From positions 17,794,001 through 17,858,000 of the forward strand of contig CATNEN010000001.1 of NCBI GenBank assembly GCA_950097015.1: 64,000 nt of DNA, written 5' to 3'. Position 1 is the stretch's first letter, and each line of letters starts with the position of its first letter. Made by a program: the position numbers and the translations under genes. Below the pieces are notes generated by a model that saw nothing but the letters and a program-made list of their open reading frames with translations, made no database searches and had not been told where the DNA came from. This DNA is from Macrostomum hystrix. Taxonomy: Eukaryota; Animalia; Platyhelminthes. Below are positions 48,001 to 57,867 of this stretch, in pieces.

Positions 48001-49864
48001 AAGTGACAATATCGTCAATATAGGACATCGCAAATTTATGCTGTATGCCCAGCAATACTAAATTCATTAATCGCTGAAAAGTGCCCGGAGCATTAGAAAG
48101 ACCTTGGGCCATAACTTCATACTCGAATTGGCCCCTAGTTAAGGTAGAAAATGCGGTCATAAATTTGTGCTCTTCTTTTATAGGCACTTGCCAATATCCG
48201 GAATTTAAATCTAGGCTGCTAAAATATTGACTACCTGATAGATAAGAGAAAGTTTGGTGAATATTAGGCAACGGATATGGCACATAATTTACACGTGAAT
48301 TTAGCACTCTAAAATCGCTGACTATTCTAATTGTTCCATCTTTCTTAGGTACTATTACTAAAGGTGTTGAATAGGTAGAATAGCACGGGCGAATTAAATT
48401 TTTGGCTAGCATATCGTCAAGCTGAGCATCCACTTGCTTTTGAAGGTGTGGTGGAATTCTTCTCGTGGGAATTCTCACTGGAGTCTCATCCTTCAGGGAT
48501 ATTTCGTGGGTGACCAGATGAGTCAATCCCATGTCAAGCTCATGCTGAGAAAATGCCTCTCTGTGCTCCTTCATAAGATCAATTACTGATTTCTTCTGCT
48601 CTTCCGACAGATTCGGTCCAAGACTGACCTCTTCTATCCAAGCATCTGTAACAGTCTGAGTCTGATTCACTTTCACTGTGGGCTCGGATTCATCCTGCTT
48701 AGAACTTTCGAAGTAGTCCAACTCCCTAGCTTTCATAGGCTTGGCTACACCAATTAAGGCGGACTTTGCCAGTTTCACATCAACTGGATGCCGATTCACG
48801 ATTTCGACAACGGCAGAGCCTTCACGCATAGTAACAAGAGTGGGGACCATTTCTAAAGTCCACTCTTTGGCTCTTACGCCTTCTCCAACTACTTCGATAG
48901 TCATCGGTGTACCATAATTACATTCTGAGCCTTTGGCTAGCCGCACAGGAATTCTTAATGCACTGTTAGCTGGAATAACAGTTCTCTCCTGAGTGTACAC
49001 ACGGCAAACTTTCACTGGGAGATGCGTAAACTGCATTGGGATACACGATCCTTCATGGAGTACTAACATGCCGTTGGCAATGTTAATGCTCTCACAGTAT
49101 CCAAGGAAAAACTCCATTCCAAGTATATTATCACATTCGTGACTACATAACAAGAAATCGATTTCTACCTGGATTTCGCCAAATTTCACAAAAATGCAGC
49201 ATTCTCCTTCTAGTTGTACTCGTGTGCCATCAAAGGTGGAGACTCTTTTATTAGTGCTTTTGACCTGGTCAGACTTAATCAGCTTTGTCCATACGGACTT
49301 ACTCAGGAAGCTGTTTCTTGCTCCCGTGTCAAGGATAAAATTCACATCGGTCTTTTTGATGCTTCCTACTACTACTGCTTCGTAACCTTCGGGTTGCACT
49401 AATTCTAGTTTAATATTAGAGCAATTTTTAAAAATGTTCTCACGTGTCCTTTGATTTTTCTTCGCAGGCCTTCCGACAAGAGTCTGCGGCTCTAGTTCCT
49501 CTGCTGAATCTTCTTCGGTCGCTTCGTCGATTGCTGACTCTTCGAACACTGAGACTGCTGATGACCTGGGTGCTGGCATGCTGAGTGATGACGCAATAGG
49601 TGCTGATACTCGGGGTGCTGACGCATTGGGTGCTGATACTCGGGGTGCTGACGCATTGGGTGCTGATAGTCGAGGTGCTGACGCAATAGGTGCTGATAGT
49701 CGAGGTGCTGACGCATTGGGTGCTGGTGCTGACGCAATATGTGCATAACGCCTTCCTCTTTGGTAAAAACACTGGGACTTCACGGGATATCGAGATTTCT
49801 GGGAGGCCTGGGTTTCACAAGAGGGGCGTGGCCTCGACTGTCGTCCCTCGGCCTTCAGTTTCCC
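45059..49864 (-). CDS. pol: Gypsy Pol polyprotein (protease-RT-RNaseH-integrase), expressed by -1 frameshift
   Basis: FILDTGA, YIDD, DTDAS, H..GH..C..C, DLIGP/TDNG/NGLVER; uninterrupted ORF. Confidence 0.97.
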   Translation of the reverse strand, partial: GKLKAEGRQSRPRPSCETQASQKSRYPVKSQCFYQRGRRYAHIASAPAPNASAPRLSAPIASAPRLSAPNASAPRVSAPNASAPRVSAPIASSLSMPAPRSSAVSVFEESAIDEATEEDSAEELEPQTLVGRPAKKNQRTRENIFKNCSNIKLELVQPEGYEAVVVGSIKKTDVNFILDTGARNSFLSKSVWTKLIKSDQVKSTNKRVSTFDGTRVQLEGECCIFVKFGEIQVEIDFLLCSHECDNILGMEFFLGYCESINIANGMLVLHEGSCIPMQFTHLPVKVCRVYTQERTVIPANSALRIPVRLAKGSECNYGTPMTIEVVGEGVRAKEWTLEMVPTLVTMREGSAVVEIVNRHPVDVKLAKSALIGVAKPMKARELDYFESSKQDESEPTVKVNQTQTVTDAWIEEVSLGPNLSEEQKKSVIDLMKEHREAFSQHELDMGLTHLVTHEISLKDETPVRIPTRRIPPHLQKQVDAQLDDMLAKNLIRPCYSTYSTPLVIVPKKDGTIRIVSDFRVLNSRVNYVPYPLPNIHQTFSYLSGSQYFSSLDLNSGYWQVPIKEEHKFMTAFSTLTRGQFEYEVMAQGLSNAPGTFQRLMNLVLLGIQHKFAMSYIDDIVTYSKTFAEHLAHLKEVFQRLITAGLKLRPKKCNLFHQELKYLGHVISTEGIRTDESKIEAIKTWPKPKDVKELRSFLGLCNYYSRFVKNYAEVAHPLFQLTRKNIQNFQEKWSAVHDEAFESLKTRMMSTEVLAYPEFVDDESVRMVLDTDASDGRIGACLGQIQSDGVERPIAYFSRAMKESEKRYPITRKELLALVDSMKHFRFYLLGKRFLARTDHKAIIWLLRQTEAQGILGRWIERLNEFQFEIEHRKGTSHQNADSLSRRPAEMAEEKKREEESAEEAESRVCAESGQEAMTQDSAICLTQSPTDPCEGEIPTIDPICRIESLISGGEKEVIQGDLAIDSSIMQLSPDAEEFFPKSQIETQELGEHRCDKLLTDYLPSPLKREQILEAQRADPAIRTLIEWKHKGLDKPPLSNDMSSELRQMSKAFEAMFIERGLLMIKEEGELKVVLPRSVDMLVFSDLHESPLAGHLGRDKTLQRVKKRFWRPGLVTAIEGMIAKCIPCLESKKGNYIQAPVQSFPICEPFHRLHIDLIGPVSKESRRGHKYVLTVVDSTTKYPCAFPVRNQKSDTVIKLLQERVFSEYGQCHWIHTDNGKTFTSRQFKAFCDLYNVKHTCTTPYHAQSNGLVERFNKQVKSIITCLIEKDHNDWDLMIPAALVAVRTSVNKTTGYSPHYLLFGREAVLPIDSQIQSPKSYANYPSYVADHAERLKVAAEIVKKKLEKVVDQREEIAKTTKLPKEVPIGSLVLMNNPQLDSEESHKFHRKKRSAFRVLEQISDVVFKVQKEEEGELVGNIMIAHRDNLTTVPNSIKEAIVKGSHPSAVIEKEKITNKKTHPRKTGSSIKGSHPRNRNKQSEEKQTNPSDSESEDEERLMWYCDNRNEDNELRGSLLDIGAEVEIDDINNQSDNENTEEGSESESENESEDINTSEEEQSQNGEGDEFASRPYNTRRSVNPPARFRDYLKRLSTAIAWLSNIQY
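49818..49864 (-). promoter_or_regulatory. -1 ribosomal frameshift signal (G GGA AAC plus pseudoknot-like stems)
   Basis: GGGAAAC immediately precedes the gag TGA; downstream ggcc/ggcc and gaggg/ccctc can pair; pol is in the -1 frame. Confidence 0.8.
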
Positions 49865-50769
49865 TGATAGGAATTCTGAGGTGCAAACTGCTTCTGCGGA
49901 TACTGCCTTGAGTTTTGACAGTTCTTCGCGATATGGCCTATTTTTTGGCAATTATAGCAAGTCGGCGGAGGCCTTGACTGCTGATATGGCTGCTGGAACC
50001 TCACCTGCTGCTTCATGAGCGGCTGGGGTTGTCTGTTCTGGCTTTCTGCCTTACTCTTCGCCTGGATGAGAGTCTCAATCATCTTCCTCTGTTTATTAAT
50101 TTCCATCTTCTGCTTTTCGATTAGATCTTCGAGATTTGTCTGCTGTTCATCGCCTAGTTCACCCTTCATCACTCTCAAGCCGTTCTTATGAGACATGTGC
50201 CAGGCGGCTTCTATCCTCCTCAGCATACGTCTGGCTTCTTGCAAACTGGCGGGTTGTGCGAAAATCAGTTTCTCTCGGGTGTCTGCAGGGACTCTGGCAC
50301 CTTTGATAAACTGTTCCACGACTTCCTCCTCACGCTGTTCAGCATTCATGTTAGGGAATGCGCGGGATGCTAGTTCAATAAGGGCATCCGCGAATGAGTC
50401 AGTCGCTTCATTTCGTCCTTGTAGTCGTCCACGAAATTCTTCTCTGAACTCCGATGAACTGCCCAATCGGCCAAATCTTTCCACCAATCTCTCCTTGAAC
50501 TCATCATAGGTCAATTCTTCAGGTAAGTTCAATCGTTGGACTGCTGCAAACGCAGTAGCCAAGTCCAGATTAGCCAATAATTCACTCTTTCTGTGTTCCT
50601 CTTGTTCGATCCCTTCGGTGTCACACCTTTGATCGAAGGCTGTCAGCCAAATCCGAATGTCCTGACTCGGTGTATATTTTTGAATTTTCACGTGCCTCAT
50701 CGGGCCTAATTCCAAACGATTCCTCAACTCTTCTGCTAGTAGCCCAATGGCATCATTGATTCCTGCCAT
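49855..50769 (-). CDS. gag: Gypsy Gag with CCHC zinc knuckle
   Basis: CYNCQKIGHIAKNC; capsid-like Q.RNE..D.F and QFIKG motifs. Confidence 0.95.
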   Translation of the reverse strand: MAGINDAIGLLAEELRNRLELGPMRHVKIQKYTPSQDIRIWLTAFDQRCDTEGIEQEEHRKSELLANLDLATAFAAVQRLNLPEELTYDEFKERLVERFGRLGSSSEFREEFRGRLQGRNEATDSFADALIELASRAFPNMNAEQREEEVVEQFIKGARVPADTREKLIFAQPASLQEARRMLRRIEAAWHMSHKNGLRVMKGELGDEQQTNLEDLIEKQKMEINKQRKMIETLIQAKSKAESQNRQPQPLMKQQVRFQQPYQQSRPPPTCYNCQKIGHIAKNCQNSRQYPQKQFAPQNSYQGN

Positions 50770-50811
50770 AACGGTTTATTTTAGTTGTGCCTGACTGGAT
50801 TTCCAATCCTT

Positions 50812-50825
50812 CACCGCTGTCACCA
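50812..50825 (-). promoter_or_regulatory. Primer-binding site (tRNA-Leu-like)
   Basis: TGGTGACAGCGGTG two bases inside the 5' LTR boundary. Confidence 0.7.
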
Positions 50826-50827
50826 AT

Positions 50828-51540
50828 TGTTGTAGGGCTCTTTTCTAAAATCTCACAGCCGTCACTATTTATCGTAAAGCCCTTCTCTTTATTTTATTCT
50901 TTATAAATTACTTATATTTATCCACTGCAAAATGCTTATTAAATGTCAACTTTCGTTATGTTTAAAAATCTCCCAATTTATAGGGAAGTATAACACTTTA
51001 ATATATATTCAATTACTGCGGTAGCAAATCATAAGTGCCCGAGCGGTAAGACACTTTTACTTTTAACTGTATAGAATTACTCTTTTAATACTTATTAATC
51101 ACACCCAGTCTTTAAAGGCTCCAATGGATTGGAGGGTACCAAACAAGCACAACGTATGTATTAGTTAATAACTCTATTGCTCGATTCTGAAGCACCAATA
51201 ACCAATCAGGTTTCGCTTCCCAACAATTACTAACATAGAACACAAGTGATTTGAGTAAAAGAACTTATAGGTTTTATCAAACGTTTATTATTTGAACCTC
51301 CGACTTGCGGACCGTTGATTTTTAGACTGAGAAAGCGTTCGTATATATAGAATAAAAAAGAGGTGGGTAGACATAGTAAAACAAAGAATTTTCGGCGTAT
51401 TAAAACAAAGCAAAATTATACGTGAATTTCACAGTTTTCTAAGAATTAGCATGAATACGAAGAACAATATATTCTATTATGAAGCGTAAATACGGTATAT
51501 TATAAAAGCATAGATAAAAGTATAGATATAGCCTATTACA
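50828..51540 (-). repeat. 5' LTR
   Basis: Appears identical to 43007-43719. Confidence 0.95.
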
Positions 51541-54268
51541 CCTTCTAGGACTAGGCCTAGCAACTTTTGAAGTTTCTTGCCTAATAATGTCAAGGATCAA
51601 GCCTGAGTTTCACAATAGTCAGCTATGACATATCATAGGCTAAATAAAAAGTAACTACATTTATTATTTACATATGCACTTTTTGTACACACCAGCTTGT
51701 TTGTATTGTAATGTACAAGCTTGGGAAATAAGTGCATGGGCTTAATTGCATGCAATATGTAAATATTGATAGTGCAAATCAAACAGATTTTCATAGCTAA
51801 AGTAGGCCTATATTTATAATTGTTTAATTTGACAATGATGAGAAGAAGGAATGAACTTTCAAAAAAGTATTTTCTTTAATTTTAGTATTATCCGTTGGTA
51901 TTACTACGAGACTGTTTCTTAAAAATTAAATATTAGACTCAAACTCAATGAACTAAATTAAAGTCAATGAACTCAATTAAATATTTAGATAGTTGACATA
52001 TATTATGAATTATGTTCTGATAACTAGTTCTAGTCATTACTGCAGTGCATCATGGTTTCTGAGAATCAGAATTTTAGACTAACTAAATCAATAAATATAC
52101 ATTTTATTCCATAATGCATTCACTAGCTTGAAGGAAGCGATAGATCTTTTCTGTTAATACACGTGCAGGACACTGGCTTAAAAAACCGCACTTTTACGTA
52201 ACGTAAACAACCGCTTAGAAACTATGGAAGGTGGAAACTAAAAGCGGAATATCTTTGCAACAACAAATTGAATCGAGCCAGTTTTTTATTATGCACTAGT
52301 TATAAGACTTTGCTTTCTGGCCCAAAACTTGGCCCAGGATTTCCTTCGTCTTTTGTGTGAGAACTGCCACGAAGTAGATCGCTGTTGCATTTTTTGGAAA
52401 CTTTGAAGAGTTGTAAAAAGCTTATTACAGAATATTAAATGTGCCTCATTGTCTTAAAAGATGAGATTTCTATTGCAGTTTTAGGAAAATGAAATGGCAC
52501 AGGATTCCCTTTTAAGCCAAGAGCACTAGAGCTCAGCCGCATGTCAGCCGCATGCCAGCCGCATATGGTCTGAGTTTAATCACCTCAAATTTTTTTCATA
52601 CATGTCCGGCTTAATTGGAAATGTGTGGCCCAGAGAAATTTTGATTAGTTTAATAAAATTTGATGGGTTTTATTGCTGGCCCAAGCTGCTTTCAAAATCG
52701 ATGCGGCTGAGGTGCGGCTAGCTTTTGGTCAGTGAATGTGCGCGCACTACAGACTGTACACATTGAATTTCGTAGAATTTAGCGCGAAATTGAAATTTTA
52801 GTTTCTTATATAAAATCTATAAATAACTGAGTAGCACTATATGCAGCTGTTAATTGCCGTTATTAAATCGTACTACTGTATTATATGTATAGCTTTTTGC
52901 GTCTATCCAAATTGTATTTTAATGCACACATCATTACTACGAGTAATGTATTTTAATTGCTTGTTATTGCAGATGCCGCTTGTTGATTTTCATCTTAAAT
53001 TAGTTAATTGCCGATTTTTCATATGCATACGTACCGTCTACTACATGTAGTTCTTGATCGAATGCTTTTTCTTGATTTATGTCCTTTATTCACATATTAA
53101 TGCATGCAGTCAGCTTTTCATACCATATACTAGTATACTTACTCAAATTATTATAGCTCAATTATTATAAGTTAAATAACATAATTAGCGCCCAAATAAG
53201 CAAATAACAACTGCCTGTGTGTAAAATTATTTTTAGACTACTATTAATAAAAGGAATGCGATAAACTCAAGACATAGACAAAGGTTAGGCACATAGAAAC
53301 TAAATTTTATCAGGAAGGACTGTATTGCTCATCTTGAGCACACAAGTCAAAGAGAGCTAGCTCGCGCACTGATTGATTTCTCTATGCCAATCGATTAAGA
53401 CAGACTCGATCGTTCCCAAGCTACACTTTGATTTTCAATCCCAACTCTATTAATCAACCAAATCAGCTCCTTCGTGATCTACTGTTTCGTTTCGACTGCC
53501 CCCTACACTGTTCCGATTGCTCCGCTCCAGCTGCGACCCCAACGACGACGACTGCATTTAAAGTGATTTTTATCTGCGCTCCACAAGGTAGGCAATCATT
53601 GTTAATTATTCTAGCTGCCCATCTATCTAACTTGTTGGAGAGCAGCAACAGCAACAACAACAACTATTTGTTGGCGGTGAGGGATTAAAAAGTTTAATGG
53701 AGCCGGTACAGAAAAAGTAGAACGGCAATAAAATGGGGACAATTGAAATTGTCGACAGCCTGCGACATATGCTAAATGAAAATATTGACTATAAAATAAT
53801 AGAACTCAAAATAAAAGCAATCCGATAAGAGCGAGAAGCGATCCTGAGAACAAGTAATAAATGCCATCTCCATCTCTTAGCACATCTAGACTGACGAGCA
53901 ACAAAAACACTAGAATAAGGAAAACACTGCGCGCTATTTTATTCAATTAAACTAATCCCATCAAATGCTTTATAAATTGCTATAGTCCGCGCACATTTCT
54001 GCTACCCCGTTTTCTGCAACTGCGTGCCACGTATAGATTATATATGGTGCTGTTAAACAGCCGAACCCAAAAGCCATTCCTTATTTAGCCCAATAAGGAC
54101 TAATATTTTGTGTTATGTAATATTTTGTTATGTAATATTTTGGCCGTCTAGCTATTTCTGCCTGCATGCCCACATCTGCTAACCCGCTTTAAGATGGTGG
54201 TGGAGACAAAATACGGGTGCAGGGGTGAAATAATTTTTCAATAGACAGACAGACATTAGGCGGCCTCA

Positions 54269-56146
54269 TCAATTAATCCGCAGGAGCCGCCGGTCGCAGA
54301 ATTCATCCATGCCGACGCAGAGGCCCGGGCTGGACGCCAGGACGAGCTCGACACAGTGTGCCTCCAGAGCCTCGCCCAGATATACCTTGGCACGACCTGT
54401 TTATGTAGGCAGCATGGAAACAGTGGATGCCAGCTGGTTATATGATTCAAAGCTTAAGAACAAAGCAAGTGACTCACCGACGAAGCGCACGTTGTCGATG
54501 TGGAAGACGTGCAAATAGCGGCGCCCGGTCAGAATCCCGCTGTCCTCTGGCAGTCGCTCCGCAGGAGCAGCACCGGTCATTGCGAGCGGCCGGCTGACGG
54601 AGCGCGTCACCGTGAACTGCTGCTGTGCTGCTGCCGCATTAAGCAGCGGGTTTTGGCCCAGCCGTCGCACGCCTCTGCCGCCTCGTTGTCCTCTGGCGCC
54701 GCCGACCGCGCTCCTGCTTGCCTCGCTGTCCCCCTGCTGTTGCTGCATATACTGCATATACTGTGCCGCAGACGCCGGCGGACTGTAGCTGAATGCCATC
54801 AGCGAGGGAGGACGCTCGAGCTGCACCTGCTCTTGTTGCTGCAGCGGCTGCGGTGTCATTATGCGCCACCACTCCTGGCCGACAGGGACGGACTGGCTGG
54901 CCTCATTCATAGCGGCCACCACCGCTGCTGCGAATGCCGCTGTGCCAGGCGACACCACGTAGGCCGTCGTCTCATCTTCCGGACGTTGAGACGGTGTGGT
55001 CTTGGCGACGGCAAGTCGTCGGCCATCGGGTTGCGAGTCTGGCACCATGGCGCCCACAATGGAGCAGTCGGCACCAGCAGCAACAGCAGGAGCAGTCGTT
55101 TCGAGCCGCTGAAAACGGAACCTCCGCCTCCCTGGCTGCTGTTGTTGGTCGGCCGCGACTTGAGGCGGTTTCGGCACCGTGCTGGCGACCTCCTCCATTT
55201 CCGCATCAGCGCCCGACGGTGGGGGATCTGCAGCGACTGACAGCGCAACGGTGGACGCCTCGTAGTCCAGCAGTGCCTGCAGAGCATCGCGGTCGTCGCT
55301 ATCCATCGCCGCCTCCTGCTCGTTAGGCTCCGAGGGCTCCGCCTTTGGGCCGCTACTGCGAGTTGCCGCTGTCGGCCTGCCTATATCGTGGCGCTCGTCG
55401 TCGACGTCCTCAATCTCGATGACGACGGGGCTGCGAGGCTGTAGGGCTGCACTGGACCTGTCGGGCGCGTCAGACGCCGCACCGTCGCTGTCGTCACTGT
55501 TGCCAGCAGCCTGTCGCCCGACGTGCCTGATCACTGCCGGCGACGACCATCTGCTGGTGGCCTTCTTGGCACTCCGGTGCTGATCTCCGAGCCAAGCCAG
55601 CAGGCTCCCTTTTGGCGCAGTCGAGGCTGAGGCTGCCATCGCGTGGGAGATTGGTGCGTAGACGGTCGTGTTATTTGCCGACGTACTGGCAGGTGGTGGC
55701 TGCTGATTGCCTGCTGCCGCTGGCTGGGATACGACGCGGATGGACACAATCGACGCGTTCAGCAGGTCCACACTGCCTGATGCTGTGGACATCTGGTCAT
55801 TGGCAGGCTGCTGCTCTTCAGTGTTCAGGCGCATGACACCGCTCAGGGGCAGCAGGCTGAAGTCGTCGGCGTCACTGCTGATGTTAGCCACCGCTGCTGT
55901 CTGCACTGGACGGCAGCACCGCTTTGGGCCTGGCGTAGATTCTGCAGCTGCTGCTGCTGCCGCTGCATTGACAATGCGACGTTGAGAGGGAGCGCTCTTT
56001 CTTTTTCGCTGTGATGGTGGCTGGTGAGTTAATGACGCTACCGGCCCGGCGGAGTTGCTATCTTGGGCAGCTCTCTCAAACTCGTCCAGCGCGGCCGCAA
56101 TTCGTTCATCGTCGCTGTCGCAGCCGGTTGAAAAATTGAACGACAT
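54269..56146 (-). CDS. Orphan, largely disordered Ala/Ser/Gln-rich protein with short globular C-terminus (intron 54477-54397)
   Basis: MSFNFSTGCDSDDERIAAALDEFE...; a GTGAGT/aaacag intron gives in-frame FVGRAKVYLGEALEAHCVELVL...RLLRIN*; TATAAT ~20 bp upstream. Confidence 0.65.
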
Positions 56147-56504
56147 TCTGTGCTTCCGCGGGTTAATTATAGGCGCGTTCAAATTTGGATGTATGAAAAT
56201 GAGCAGGCTGCAGAAAGCCAACGCAGTCCCAGGTTCTCAACTTCTTCAACTGGGTGCAACATGGTGGGATTCCCTATTAATAAAGTCCCAAGTACATCAC
56301 AAGGAGAAGGAGCAGGCTATTTAGGATGAGCAGCAGATAGTACCACTGTTACTACTACTTATAGTAGATCAATATGCGCGCACATGTGCGCGCATAATGA
56401 TCTTATAGCTTTAAACTGATAGATTGAGATTCTATTAATAGGTGCTTAATTAGGTTAATTCGGATCCCGGTTAAGTTGATAGTGTGTACTTTTAGCGAGA
56501 AGTA

Positions 56505-56637
56505 CAGTTCATAGTGCGCGCACATTACTTAAAAATATATAAGGACTTGCCTGCTATTCTTAGGTAGATAAGCAGCAGCTCTAATCGAATCGTCTTATAT
56601 ATATATTTCTTAGGGATTGTGCGCGCACCACGAACTG
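56505..56637. mobile_element. Tc1/mariner-type MITE (133 bp)
   Basis: TA|cagttcatagtgcgcgcaca ... tgtgcgcgcaccacgaactg|TA. Confidence 0.65.
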
Positions 56638-56957
56638 TACTCTGCTGTCTATTTTTAGGTTATCCAAAATAAACTTACCGGTATCGAGTTGGATCTGCCA
56701 ACTTAGTTGATACTAAACCATTCCCGGTGGGACACCGGCGGGTTGGGCGCTAGCGCCCCTCTGTACGCCCCGCTATGCGCCCTCCCACCAGTGACCGGCG
56801 GGGGGGCGTATAGTTTGGCCAAGCGCCCCGCCGGCGGGGCGTATAGCCAAACCGGTGGGATTCACGCCGGTGGGAGGTGGGTGAGAAGGGTAAATTAAAT
56901 TCGGGGCATATCCTCAAAGTCTACTGTTAGTAGGCTGCGCTGTATTTTTTAAGCTTT

Positions 56958-57543
56958 GACTTTCCAGGTTAATAAGTTCAAGTGGAAATCATTTGAAATA
57001 ATGAAACCAACTCAGTCGTGTAGGAAATCATTTCTAGATTGATTTTCAATTGAATCCCACTCGATAAAGTGTGCTCAAATCTATTAGGACACCGATGACA
57101 GCCATATACTGCTGACATAGTCAGAGTCAAGATAAAATTTTCTAGGTGACTTTCCAGGTTAATAAGTTCGAGTGGAAATCATTTGAAATCATGAAACCAA
57201 CTCAGTCGTGTAGGAAATCATTTCTAGATTGATTTTCAATTGAATCCCACTCGATAAACTGTGCTCAAATCGATTGGGACACCGACGACAGCCATATACT
57301 GCTGACATAGTCAGAGTCAAGATAAAATTTTCTAGGTGACTTTCCAGGTTAATAAGTTCGAGTGGAAATCATTTGAAATCATGAAACCAACTCAGTCGTG
57401 TAGGAAATCATTTCTAGATTGATTTTCAATTGAATCCCACTCGATAAACTGTGCTCAAATCTATTGGGACACCGACGACAGCCATATACTGCTGACATAG
57501 TCAGAGTCAAGATAAAATTTTCTAGCTGACTTTCCAGGTTAAT
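56958..57543. repeat. 190-bp tandem repeat x3
   Basis: gactttccagg at 56958, 57148, 57338 and 57528. Confidence 0.95.
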
Positions 57544-57867
57544 ACGTAAGTCATAATAAGTAATACGTAATACAGGTAAGTCAGTTCTTTAAAATGGCAT
57601 GAGCAAGTCAGAAAGAGATCAAAGAAAAGAATTGATCGACAGTGAAAGCATTTAAATTTTTTGTTTCGCATTAGTTGATTTCTAATGCGGCGACATCGGA
57701 ACTGACTCTCGTAGGTACCAGTTAAGTTTGGCATGCTTATAGTCAAATCTTTTAACTGAGCATATATTGATTTATTTATTTAATGATTTGTATTCAACAC
57801 AACAAGAATGATACAACATTGATACGATACAACGATACAATGATACAACAATATATAAAAATTTAAA

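Larger units (their letters stand above)
43007..51540 (-). mobile_element. Full-length Ty3/Gypsy LTR retrotransposon with a third ORF
   Basis: Two 713-bp TG...CA LTRs, CCTT 4-bp TSD, gag, PR-RT-RH-IN pol and PBS; the empty site is preserved in the left arm (~37455). Confidence 0.97.
41817..53154 (-). repeat. Right arm of the large inverted repeat, interrupted by the Gypsy element
   Basis: Reverse complement of 35848-38812 once 43007-51544 is removed. Confidence 0.95.

Noticed and set aside
9439-56954. A single 47.5-kb giant transposon bounded by the IRs at 9439-9647 and 56723-56954
   Set aside because: No TSD on that reading. Copies at 322 and 56723 share the sequence after the IR but not before it, and CCCGG termini with a TG duplication fit 322-9647 better. 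Kept only as an alternative.
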